DNA of 64,000 nt from Tubiluchus corallicola. Its lineage: Eukaryota > Animalia > Priapulida. Location of the stretch: contig JAQGDQ010000246.1 of assembly GCA_030141605.1 (NCBI GenBank), forward strand, positions 248,001-312,000, given 5' to 3'. Positions 51,901 through 64,000 of this stretch are shown here, one piece after another. Both the position numbers and the translations under genes were made by a program. Each line of letters begins with the position of its first letter. Position 1 is the first letter of the stretch. Below the pieces are notes generated by a model. It saw only the letters and a list, made by a program, of their open reading frames with translations. It was not told where the DNA came from and did no database searches.

Positions 51901-54900
51901 CTGAAAAATTTAACATTCTATGACAACAAATATAACCAATAATATTTTAACTGTGAGATATCAAACTCTGGAATACTGAACATAAATTTGAATGTTGAGA
52001 CCAGCTTAAATACAATATACTGCACAGCTAAGCTAGTCTTGACCACTGTTGTCAGTGTTGTCAGAAACAAAGAAAAATGACATAAATCTATGAAAAACAA
52101 TGCAACCAAAATATAGTAAGAGGTTCAGAAGTCACTGAACAAGGGCTACTAGGCATGCACAGTCATTGCAGACTTCCAGAAACACTTTTATTAAAAAATA
52201 GTTTATCATAAGTCAAAAAAAGTTTAAATAAGCAAATAAATAAATAAACATGAGTAGTTTTTTCATCTTCTCTGATAAAAAAGACTATTTCTATCAGCGT
52301 TAGCAATTAGTATTAAATTGTTTGATTTTGTTGCACAAATGTCTCTTTAAATGATTTTGCATGACGGCCCAATAGCCAAACATGTTACATGTACTACTCT
52401 GGAAAATACAAATTTGTACAATAAAAGATTAGCAAATTTGCTATGCCAGTGTGGCTAAAAAAGTGCATACCTTTCTGGTCTTTTGTGAAAAATTATAATT
52501 GCCTAGGGCCTAGGATAACTGAGAGTGTATTGTTCATTAACAGCATTTTCATCTGTTTTAACCGGGAATATGCTAGCTTGTTTGCTCGTGAACTTACTGC
52601 AAATAATCCTAAGCACTTCAACAAACTACAGCAACTATATTTTGACTAGCATCACAGTAGAGTGAGTAGGACAACTAATGCCTGCAGAGTGCTTGCATGG
52701 CATTCCCCATTGATGTGTGAGTTGGTAGAAGTAACTATCATTCTATATGTAACAGTGTACAACACACTAAAGCTATATGCTGCACAATAAAGCCACTTTT
52801 TAGTTTAGTAACAAATTACCTAGAAGAGTGGCAAGGGAGTAGAGAGCTTGACTGCACCAATGTAGTAATGTGGGAAGAGCAGAAACCTGATAGGCAAGCT
52901 GTGTTAGCAATGCTGAAAGAAATTTAATGACTCTTTTTAGCACGAGAACCAAGAAATTAACTGCAAAGAAAACAACATCTTACATAAATTAGCAACCTAA
53001 ATTAAACCAAAAAACTTTAAACTACAAAAATGGGCCTAATTTTTGCTCTCAAAATATTTATAAACACATAAAAAAGGTAGCTAGCTAATTACAGAGGAAA
53101 TTAACTACAAGGTTAAATAAGAATGTTAACTACCTGGCTAAGAACTTGTATCGTATCCATTAACAGAAAGTAAACAAAGAAGGAGGTGTAGCTCAATTTT
53201 TTCCTGGAGATTTAACATTTATTATAACTTTTCGTTCTGTACACAAAACCTTAATACCCTGCTTACAGAAATTAACAAAAAAAGACAAAAATATAGCAAT
53301 AGGTGTTACATATATCACTAGTCCATTAGTCTGTGTTGGTTGACTATAATCTCGATCTAACCAATTTTTTATAAACATAATGATGGCAAACTGTTTCACA
53401 GATTTCATGTTTGTTAATTCCCTGTTAAATTACCTTAATTTTCCAAATGGCACACTTCAGCTACACTTCTTTAATATTAGTAAAGTCTTCTAAAATATCA
53501 AACATCATATTACAAATGCCTGTTCCATTCTTACTGAGTTCTCTGATATCTGCTTACATTTACAATAATTACATTTACATTTACATTTTTTAAACTACCT
53601 GCTTTCAACAACACACCTGTTCAAGAACTTTATAATGATCACACAAAACTCTCTAAAATGTTGTTGTGTTTGAAGAGGTGAAACTTGCTACTAATTTGCT
53701 ATTAGCCATCATTCATGAATTTTTGTCAAAGGAAAACAACAAAGCAATAGAAATATAACATGAATGTAATGGAAAACAGCAAAGCTATTTAGTTGTCTGA
53801 TATACAAAGCCATTTTTTGCATTTTTGGCTCACAGATCAATTCAATCACACTTACTAGGTTGAGTCCGCTTGCAGACCTTCAAATTAAATTCTTTCCATT
53901 CATTTGTTAACCAATTATATTCCCTTAGAATTACATTTGAATCACTACGCGTTGACGCCAGCATGCCCACAACCAGATCACTATTGTCAAATGCAGCATC
54001 GTGTATAAACTATTGATAAAGAAACAGCCATTTAAGCTCCAATAAAATCAAATTCAACTAAATATTTTTCATCTTGCTGTTTAAAATTCGTAGTAATCAA
54101 TAGTCATAAGAATAAAAATCTCATATTTCTACCCATTTTTAGTCCTATGATAGTTATCGATACCTGCAGCAAAACTAGTTGTAATTTAAAAAAATTTCAA
54201 AACTGAGATGTGGGACATTATATCATAGCAAGCTCACAAGAAAAATGCCAATTTCATATTGCAGTAATGCTTAATTCTACAATCAAAAACAACATTTAAT
54301 AGAAGACATAAAACATTATTACTTAATCTCTTGAATTAAAAGAAAAAATGCCAAAAGAATACATATAATCTTAAGGAATACCCATCAACATCAAAGGTCA
54401 TGGCCTTACTCTACTGGATTTCAAACTCAGAAAATATATCAAAGTTGAGAATTTAATGCAGTAGGCGCCGCTTATTAGACTCAAGGTTAATAGACTCAAT
54501 CACTTAACTGACTCAAAAACATGTGGCACAGGGTGAATCTATTCAAATGTATATAAAAACTGTGTTAGCATAGCAGTTTGCTTTTGAAGTTCATGCTGCT
54601 GTTTCACTAGGTGACTAAGTGTTTTGCGGGAATATGTGCAGCGCACAGCAACAGATTTTCAATGTTTTTACCATTATGAGAATTTCATAAACCAACTTTT
54701 TCGTGAAGAAATGAAGCAACAGACCTTGCATGAATTTTCGTAATTTTTAATGGTGATAATCAGATTTTTGTGACTTTTTTTATTAATTCACTTATATAAA
54801 TTATGCTTCTTAAATAACTTAACATAGGTATTTTTGACATTAATTCATTTAAAGCCTTTGGAATGCATACTATGGTGATAAGTAATTACTCATACTTGTA

Positions 54901-57900
54901 TAGTAGTAATATACTAAACCCATCTGCTAATTGACTCAGACAATTAATTCGGTCAAAACTTCTATCCAACAGTGAGTCCATTAAGCGGCATGTAATACCG
55001 TTTCATTAGAATCAACTGATGGCGGCCATTCAATATGCACAAAAGTAGTATTTGTATCATTTTTCTTGAAAAACACTAAGTTGTTTGTCCAGGCCACCAG
55101 CATATCGTTTTCAATCTACAAAAAAAATTCAGGCTTTACTTTAAAAGACTACTGACTCGATCAATTGCACCATTCCCTATTTATGTCATAAGAACTGTTT
55201 AAAACTACATAGTGTCAAGTCAGACATTGATAAAGTCATTCTTAACTCTCATTATTTCCTTTTGAATAGTGAACTTTTTGACTCAGCTTCGCAACCATGC
55301 ATTTAGCTATTTACTAGTTAGATGGGTACTAGTGCTGCATCTCACAAAAATAGGTGCTGTACCTCTTAGTTGACAGGTGTTCGGTTGTGAGTAGTGTACA
55401 CGTTCAAGAGCTTATGCATGAACACAGCAGTAAACTTGAAATTTGAATTTTAAACTTAAAATTTGACGAGTTTTTGTATATCACACTGAATATTTTATAT
55501 TTAGTGTACTTCAATTTTTGCTTTTGCAATCACATGCAACACTCTCATGGAATATTTGTGCAGTTGAAAATTATGTTCAGGTGTGATATAATTATTAATT
55601 GGGCTCGTCAGCAGTTAATTAAGTTTTAACCTTTTATTTAATTATCAGAAACACTTTGGCATTATTATAGGTATACTTTTTACCATACTACAAAGTAGGG
55701 TAGGATGTGAAAAATAATCCTGTTTTCTTTAATAATGCCAATGGTAATTAGTTTGCATTTGCCATAAATCTAGCTAATTTAACTCTTGAAACTACAGAAA
55801 GCAATGATATACTAAACAGCAGTTCTTATTTCGTTCTTGTTATTTACAAGTCAAGTTCAAACCTGCAGAAGTATTTTCGTAAACCTACCCAGTTTCTGAA
55901 AGCATACTTCTTTGATTGATAATAAATAGTTTTTCCAGATGACAAACCTATTGTGATGTTACTTATGCAGACTTAGCACTATGTAGTTTCAACTATGCTT
56001 GGCAGACAGACTAAAAAAGCAGAATGACTAACATAAGAAGACCAGTAGTATCTCATCCAATGATAATGTCTTTACTTAGTAAGAGACAGGAGCATGCATT
56101 GCGCTCAAAATATTCTAAACTAAATACACATTCTGAAGGAAAGTTACAGCACTTATTTATTTTGACAAAAATAATATTTGACACAATGAATTGAATTTTT
56201 CAACAGTAAAACAGTGAGTGATATTTACCGCTCTGTAAACGCCTGTACTACAATCAAAACGTCCTTTTACTCCAACCACTTCAGAACTTGCTGGAAGCCC
56301 TACAAAAAACATTGTGTTTCACAAGAAATCAAAATGCACAGCAACAAAAACAAAATTCGCTCTTACTATGAGAAAATGGGGTAATTATAAATTATCAAAT
56401 ACAACAAGTTTTAATTACAATATAATATGCTGTTAAGCAAATCAGTGTTAAGTGAAGCCTTAGGAAATAATGCATGTATTTACACAAGAATGCATATTAG
56501 CAGCAAATCAATGATATGTGAGTATTTTTGCTACGTAGTCCTACACACTATTTTTTATTAGCTATACAAAGTAATTTTTATTGCACTGGTAATACAGCGC
56601 CAACACAATTCGGGTAAATTACAGGTTTTACAGCAACACCTCTTAGTTTAGTTCCCATTTAGTTTCCACAAAAGTAATGTTTTTTCTCTTTTCTGTTTTA
56701 AGCTAACCACTAAGGGAGGAGCATATACACGCACAATTTATAGTGCATATTATAATACTGACAAAAATATAGCACAGTATTTTAGTTTCACCAGACTTAC
56801 CACATGAATGAATTATTGCACAACATATTGTGTAATGTTTAATTATCCCCTACAGATGCTCAATACTATTACATAATATTTAGCATTGCGCACAAGATTA
56901 TTGAGCACGTGTATGCCCTGTGATACCATGCAGTACATTTAAATATAAAAGATAAACAAAATGGACAAAATGGTGAAATGAAAACTTGTGACTGCACACT
57001 AATGCTGTTGAACGCAAGTACATGAACAAGTATTGCTTTGTTAAAACGGCAATCTTACAATTTAATTCATAAGCAATAAATCGTGTCACATTTTCTGTAG
57101 CCTACCTCTGGGAATGTGTTTGGAAAAAAGTGTAAATTGGGAAACTGGCACTGGAAGAAGGTCTTTTAGAAGTTTACAACAGCAAACAATTCTGATGTAT
57201 TCCATAACGTCCAAGATTCATTAATAAAAACAAAACTTTAGTCTTTACGTAAAAAAACAGGAAGTAAAATTTCATTGAAATTAAATTGTTTAAACAAAAC
57301 GACCCTTCACTAAACAGAGACTTTTTTAGACATGCTGTTTTTAGACTTACATAGAAGTAAGGTAACATCAAAAATCTAAATACTGCCAAGGATGTCTGAC
57401 AGAAACAACTAACAAAGGATAATGATCACAACCTATGAAAGTGGGTTAATGGTACAGCCTAGGTAGGATTTTATCATATTGACAGAGTGCTTTAATGAGT
57501 TGATAAAATAATAATAATAATAATACGTTTCATGGAATGTTACCTAAATAACTAAAATAGAGGAAGCACTTAAAAAGTAAGTGACTTCACATAAAAAGAA
57601 AAGTAAAAAGAAAGAATGAACCTTGTGCAAGAAAGCAGGAGTTCCGAAGAGTCCCGCACAGGTACAAGGAATCATCCGACAGCAAAGCTAGGTAGGTGAA
57701 GGAAAAGGCAGCCATGCGTATATTACGAGATGCTTCCCTACCATTATCCTATCACAAAATTGACAAATTAAAACTGCAAAACTATTTAAAGAATACACTA
57801 CAAAATAGCTATCTGTTCAAACCTCAAACCCAAAAGGAAAAGGAACCATACCTGAGGAAAAAAATGCAACTTGCTTGTTGTCTTCAGACCATCCTGGCTG

Positions 57901-60900
57901 ACCAACAACAAATTAGGCGAAAGAACTACGACATTATTCCTGTCACAAGCACTCTGAAGCATAAGAAATTTGCAACCTTTGTATATTGTAAATATTACAA
58001 TTCTAAATTATGCTAATCATCATATTTACTTGTTTAATCTAATGAACCAGCAAAACAATTTGTGTACTGTTGGAAACTGTGAGATACTCAAAAGTGTAAC
58101 TTGGCAATTTCTTTTTAAGCAGCAATAAAAATATTACCACTGTTATCGTGAGTCTCTCCACATCAGAAGTAAACACATTCTACAAATAAAAAAAAAACTG
58201 TCAGCTTAACTCTAACTAAAAACAAAATTATAATGCATTAAGGCATTAAACAAAATAAATTGACAATTAATTTATAATAAAACAAATAACATTAGTATCT
58301 AATTTAAACTGGATTTTTTAAGAAAGCTTGGTGACACAAATTTTGTAAGTTCACATACCTGTTCATCTTGCTCTGCAAGTGGCAATAAATATTTCTCTTT
58401 TGTTATCACAAAAGTTGACTTACTGGAACAACAAATAAAAATCACCAACAATTATCCATTCAAGTTTCTTTTGTACTACTAAATGAATATTTATCAAAAT
58501 TTCTAAGCCTGCTTTACACTGGCATTTGCTGAATTCCATTTGGGTTGTGGTACATATCTTTGCACCCATTTTTAGTTTCAGAAGCATTTGTTAATATGTT
58601 GTCACGTGCAAACAGTAGCACTATAGTAGTTATAATTCGGCAACATTTTTAAAAATGACAATAGCTTGCTAAATTTAGTACATGTCTTACTAAAATCGTT
58701 GTTCTTGGTCATGATTAGTGGAATTGTCCACATTGTCTGTCACTACTACTTACTCAAGATGCAGAGCAGATCATTTTCAATTGATATAACACTTATAGTA
58801 CCACATTTTAAACAACAAGTTCAAAATGGTCCCTTCAGCTTCAAACTAATTGCAGAAAGGACAACATTTGCTTGGTGGCCCTGCCACACAGAAATCGCTA
58901 TACGATAATATGCATCAATATTTTTTAAAAACTTTTCAATATTTCAAATTGAAGATTGCTTTATATTTGAACAGAAATGTATATGAACAAAAGAATTAAT
59001 AAATAAATAATATGAAGTAGAATGTTATGCCAACCTCTGCAGTATAAAATAATCAAATTTCTATAGAAATAGAACGTTTTAAGTTAATAAAGGAATATAG
59101 TTTAGCTACATGCTGATAGTTAGTTCTGATCATGTACCTTACAAATGTATCGTAGACAGTTACAGCTTCACCATCAACAGTAAAGGCCAACTGATAAAAT
59201 GAAGAATATTCGAGAAGAGGATTTATATTGTACTTCCAGCAACTAAAATGAATTTAATATTTAGTAGACATTTGCATGATAAATTAATCTCACATTGACA
59301 ACTCAGCTCTTTCTCCACAGTGCAGCTTTTTTTAAATTTATGTATAATAGAGCTCACTCGCTCGCTTAGCACATTAATATAAGTTTAGACCCTTCTAAAG
59401 TGAGGCCCAAGTAGTCAGTCATGTGATGAGTAGTCATCTTCGTTATGGACTGGACACAATAAAAAATTGCTCTACTTGTTGAAGGTTCTGCAGGAATGAT
59501 TTATAATAGAAGTTCATTACTACACTAAAACTGCTCACAAATTAATAACAATAGTATTGGGATCTGAAGATGCACATTATATAGACTTCCATTCGTTTAA
59601 ACCCCCGTGTGCTTTCATTTTGCCGGGCAGTGAATCCTAAAGCGAGGCTAAATTATTCAAATAAAACTTGTTAAGTAAAGCCCACACATCGAACTATCCA
59701 CCTGTGTGTGCTTTTATTTTAGAGAAACTGATTTGAGTAAAACCCAGTGCGTGCTATTTGACAGCCAAATTTATTAATGGGATCCATTAACAGACTCTGG
59801 GTATACATGTGAGAGCCAGTGCTACCTGTATTCTCGACTGTATCGTATCAAAAACATTCTCGACAAAAGCTCTGTCAGTGTGCCAAGTTTCAGCTCTGTA
59901 GGTGCAATAGCTGAGGTGTGAATAAAGACATGGATATACCCATACACATGCCCTTCGGATTCTTTTGCAATAGTATGACAGAAAAGTCCACAGGAACCCC
60001 TGAGTTCAGTTTCATGAGATGCTTCAACAATGATTTAAGCTAAAGGGTGCAGCAAGAAATACAACAGATTCACTGTGACCACTTAGGAATGGAGGCCTGC
60101 TGATTATTTTTTAGAAGCTCAGTGGCCAACTTCACATTACTTCAACACAGTCATGAACAGATGATGATCAAAGATTGTAGAGGGAATCAAGACTAAGAAC
60201 TGAAGTAAAGCACACACCTGTTTTTGAACAATTGTGTGGCCTGAAATCAAATTTGCCCCTGGGTCAAACAGACTGTTAAGACTCACTAATTGATCTCTCC
60301 CCATAATACTTTTAATTTTATGCTTACATTTAGTTCAGTGTGTGTAAAAACTCTCGCTTGACATACTGCACTTTTACTACATTAAATATGTTAATAAACA
60401 ATCTCACTGACAAAATTTTTACCCACCTACAGTTTTTGTCAAAACTTTCGTATGTCACGAAATCAGCTTGCCTTTCAATAAAATGTAAACTCTCGTGTAT
60501 ACGGGGTCTGTGTCCTCGATGAGCGAAGAGATTCGTAATCAATGCCGAGTACTAAAAATAATATGCTTTTCATAAATATAGTTATACGTATGTGCTTTGT
60601 ATGGCTAAGGATATAACCAAGTGGTCAGAGTGCATGCTTAGCTAAAACTCAAGCAGCACTGGATGTGGTTAGTAAATTTATAGGCGGTCAGGAGGAATAA
60701 GTCTTCTAGGTAGTTTCATCTACTATACTTGATCTAGCTCACCATATTTTTGTTTTGTACATGACCCACATATACAGAAGATTTTATACCCGATGGTGGC
60801 TACCAAGTTTTTAATATCATACTTTATCTTATCATAGCTATTTCTGAAACTGAGGAAAGCTATAATTGTATAAAAAATCAGAAAGTGGACAAGCTGAATG

Positions 60901-61798
60901 ACTGAAATGTACGACTTAACTAATGTAGTCGGCTAATTATCATTTCAATGTAATTTGCTAATGAGAAAACAATACAAGTTGCAAACTTGTGAATAAGTTA
61001 GGAAATGGTAATCTTTGACTAAACTACTACTTAGATCCAACTACACATGATGTCTGACAAATAAAGTGATCTGGTTAAACCACCAAGCAAGTTATATGTC
61101 ACTCTTGGTGTCTTGGTCAAGCTGCTTAATAGACTTTGGGATGGGAAAGTTTTGACCCCATTAACCGACAGATAGGTGTAATATTACTGGTACAGAAGCA
61201 GAAGTCATGACTCTTCAGTTTAGAAGGCACTGAAAAAGCTGCGAGAGCCTTAAATGTTAGGTTTTATGTGAAACTTAACTGACTAAAAATTTTGTGAAAA
61301 GAAGCAATAGCTTGAAAAGGAAACAGCTAGGCATGTGATTAAAAGCTCAGCTTCCATAAATTCTTGGGAAACAAGGTTCATTACGCGGACGAGCGGGTAA
61401 GAGATCCAATGCAGAAAACACTACAATAGCATTTCAGCGCACGATCAACTTACCTGCTTATGAACAAAGCAGTACTTAACACAATTGTTTCTATGCATTT
61501 TAGCGCACACAAAAAAGAAAAAAATGACATAAAACTAACAAAAGGTTTTTGATCACAAACAAGTATTTTATTTTAAGCACCTGAAGCAAAAATATTAAGT
61601 CAAGTGGTGTTATTTGAGGAAAAAAAGCAATTTTGAACTGCCAATGTACTTACTTAATCCTAAGATAATGATAATATGGAACAAGCACTTTTGCTAGTGA
61701 TATACGAATATGCATCGTACCTCGGATGGCAGAATACTTGTTCCCTGTTTTTCTTCATCGCTAGTATGGTAATAGTCAATTATCCACACATGAATTGT
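42985..61798 (-). CDS. CATSPERE: CatSper channel auxiliary subunit epsilon-like (delta/epsilon family). 23 exons traced: 61798-61721, 60551-60427, 59242-59138, 58422-58359, 58179-58138, 57953-57852, 57748-57622, 56299-56229, 55115-54999, 54009-53856, 52912-52820, 51829-51758, 51400-51273, 50779-50609, 50243-50130, 47983-47858, 47226-47083, 46727-46675, 46057-45875, 45597-45408, 44684-44530, 44054-43839, 43030-42985. Further 5' exons unresolved (candidates 63775-63745 and one starting at 63118).
   Basis: The exon chain totals 2676 nt in one open phase (891 aa). Motifs resembling mammalian CATSPERE as I recall it: TIHVWIID, CPYYSFTHNV..YYLDLGENIMFWTEIVY, ISVGCPPG, LGCPL, VKKVSADFVLWDVLDRSDFKYNATMRDVGCISEGQTW, YKSCF, QPHEILNSS, FRARIIDPNYSFC. 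Single C-terminal TM helix and short basic tail. Exons upstream of about 51000 are less certain. Confidence 0.85.
49570..50057. mobile_element. hAT-like MITE in a CATSPERE intron
   Basis: Ends TAAGATGTTAACG ... CGTTTAACATCCCTA, with subterminal CGATA/TATCG repeats in opposite orientation at each end. Confidence 0.6.
59340..59980. mobile_element. Possible non-autonomous Helitron-like element
   Basis: tagagctcactcgctcgc left end; tgtgccaagtttcagctc...catacacat...aatagtatga right end, which starts with TC on the minus strand. This is resemblance only. Confidence 0.35.
60603..60713 (+). mobile_element. Degenerate SINE-like head with tRNA A-box-like and 5S-rRNA-like segments
   Basis: taaccaagtggtcagagtgc (A-box-like), then aagcagcactggatgtggttagta...ggaata, similar to the 5S rRNA internal control region. 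Confidence 0.4.
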
Positions 61799-62577
61799 CT
61801 AGAAAAGCAAGAACAATCAAATATAACAAGCACAAGATTACAGTCAAAATAGAAAATGGTTAAACCTAACATTTTGTGAAAAAACACAAAGCCAGGTATT
61901 ATAAAACATACCAAATTGGAAACAGTTGTGTCTGACCAGTCGAATTACCAGTAACAAGAAACAAAACAAACTTTATTTGCACTTCGGGCATTACAGTCTA
62001 ACTATAACAATCTCAGGGACATGCAAACTAACTGGTAAAAAATTGACAAGCTTATTAAAAATAATCAATGAAAAACCTAATCTGTCAGCATTACCGCTTT
62101 GTTTTTAATGGGAAATTAACAGATCTAATAAACAATTTTAAAATTTAACTGTGAACTGTTTCCTCCCATAACCTAATTGTTAATCATCCCACATACATTC
62201 GCCTATTATATATTAAAAAAAGCTTAATTTTGCCTTTTGCTATCAAGCAATTTATAAACATACATAGAATTCTTATGTTATGCCTGAATAAAATGTAAAT
62301 TATGAATATTTAGAAATAGTATAATCTGTATTACTCGGGTTAACCTCTGCCTGAGTCACTGATAATCAACGGCAGAGTAAATCGAAATAGACACATGTTA
62401 ACACATATTCATCTGCCCCCAATGCTTCGATCACAAAGACAAGATTTATTTATCATTGCTCATTTAACAGACAACATTAGCACTAACTGGCTATTCAGTG
62501 ATTTACACTTACAACAATACAGGTAAGGACGCAATACACAAATAACGAAAAACACGTAGGGTATCTGACCTGGCATT

Positions 62578-62650
62578 GGCAGCGGCTAGTCTTGAACTCA
62601 AGACTGCGTACTTGCAGTCTGAAATCTAAACCACTCGGCCACCCAACCCA
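62578..62650 (-). mobile_element. tRNA-derived SINE head or tRNA pseudogene
   Basis: Minus strand reads GGGTTGGG-TGGCCGAGTGG (A box)-TTTAGATTTCAGACTGCAAGTACGCAGTCTT-GAGTTCAAGAC (B box); acceptor and anticodon stems do not close properly. Confidence 0.6.
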
Positions 62651-64000
62651 GGCACTAACATGCGACTAATTTATTCTGGTAGGTGTACTTCACTAACAAA
62701 GTTGGATAAATTAATGTAGAAGATAAGAAGAAATGACACACTGGTTTTCTAGACTTTTGCTAACATATTGTAAAGGCTTTTACTATTGCCTATTCTGCCA
62801 TTTTTGTCTAGATTTTACACACATAAGCTGACATGACAAATATAAAAAGCATCAGTGTTAATTCTGCTGGAAATCTGTTACATTCATACTGAATAAAATT
62901 GCCGATTATAACAAATAATGGTTATTTAAAGGAAAGGCACAGCCTTCTAGGAAATTAGGCTTATTTCAATGTTTGGGAAAATGTTAGGATGATTTAGTAA
63001 TAAAAGTGCAATAAGCACCTAATGTAATGTGTAAAATCACTTTAAAGTCGCAATCATTTTATGCTTGGGCACTCCAATTTTGAACACCCAGTCTTCCACC
63101 AACGACATTGTTCATTGACTGAAGAAAAGCAGCATGCTGTCATTTTCGCCAAAAGCATAGTAAGTTATTATAAAAAAATCGGCTAGCTAATTTTGAGATA
63201 TTTTTGTACAATGATGGTATGCTGTTAAAGTTTGACAAGTTTAAGCAGCGCCCATTTACAAAAACCACAGTGCATTTACGGAAAGTCACGAAGTCCACAA
63301 CAGTTACACCATATTTATGAAGTGAATGGCGGCTAACGTCATGCCTGAGAATTTCCATTTAGTAGTAATATAGATTAGCTTTATGCTTTACAGACAATTT
63401 TTTGCAAATTTCTTTGTTATATTTTTCAAGTTCAAATGATAACAGTAAAATCAACCTAACATGCCAAGTGACTTGTTCCGTCCTTTAATTTCTGCTTATA
63501 TATACAAGCCAAACTGCATATTTAAATCATGCAATGGAAAATTAACATATAGCATACAATACTGCACAGATAATTTGCAATACAGTCACTTCCCAATTGG
63601 GATTACCCTGCATATAAATTTCTTTGCACTATACAGTTAGACAAACGAACAAGTATCTTAAGATGCAAAATTCTCAACACCCTTTGTTCCGGATGATGGA
63701 GGCGAAAATAGGTTTATGCATATAACACTTAATCAAATACTTACCAATTTTGATATTGACCAGTCTTTGTTTGTACTATAACGTAAAAAATAAATATTAG
63801 GTCAATGTTAAATTTAAAGGGGAAGAAAAGACAATGTCAAATTACGGTTAAAATCCATTCAAAGTTATATTACTTAGCATTATGCTTACCTATTTGAAGA
63901 ACTTATGTAATTGTAAAAGAAAATTTTTTAATATTAATAATTTAAAATGTTCATGCCAAATGGTAAAACAGTGCTGCTTCGTCATCCCAGTGTGTATCAC

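Noticed and set aside
44802-57395. Extra candidate CATSPERE micro-exons (44802-44821, about 49280-49335, 56801-56849, 57106-57150, 57351-57395)
   Set aside because: The flanking exons already join in phase and at the expected spacing; the 44802 cassette would frameshift and the 49335 one hits a stop codon.
62578-62650. Functional tRNA-Cys gene
   Set aside because: A and B boxes are present but the cloverleaf stems do not pair; treated as a SINE head or pseudogene.

Overview
AT-rich, intron-rich eukaryotic DNA, most likely an invertebrate animal, so the ORF track shows only fragments of most genes. I rebuilt exon chains by eye from GT-AG sites and reading-phase continuity. From left to right: (1) the last two exons of a GH16 beta-1,3-glucanase/LGBP-type gene; (2) a complete tandem paralog (10 coding exons, 391 aa, catalytic EIDLVE intact); (3) a convergent GMC flavo-oxidoreductase (10 coding exons, 590 aa); (4) a decayed Helitron split by a LINE; (5) an intronless 856-aa gene fusing a degenerate Nudix-like domain, an NCS/calcineurin-B-like EF-hand module and a PPP Ser/Thr phosphatase domain, which is the most unusual object here; (6) a cluster of LINE remnants; (7) SDF2/SDF2L1 (3 exons, 214 aa); (8) a large minus-strand gene for the sperm Ca2+ channel auxiliary subunit CatSper-epsilon (23 exons traced, 891 aa, 5' end unresolved). 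There are also MITEs, SINE-like heads, microsatellites and isolated hairpins. Family calls come from motif recognition and remembered sequences, not database searches.
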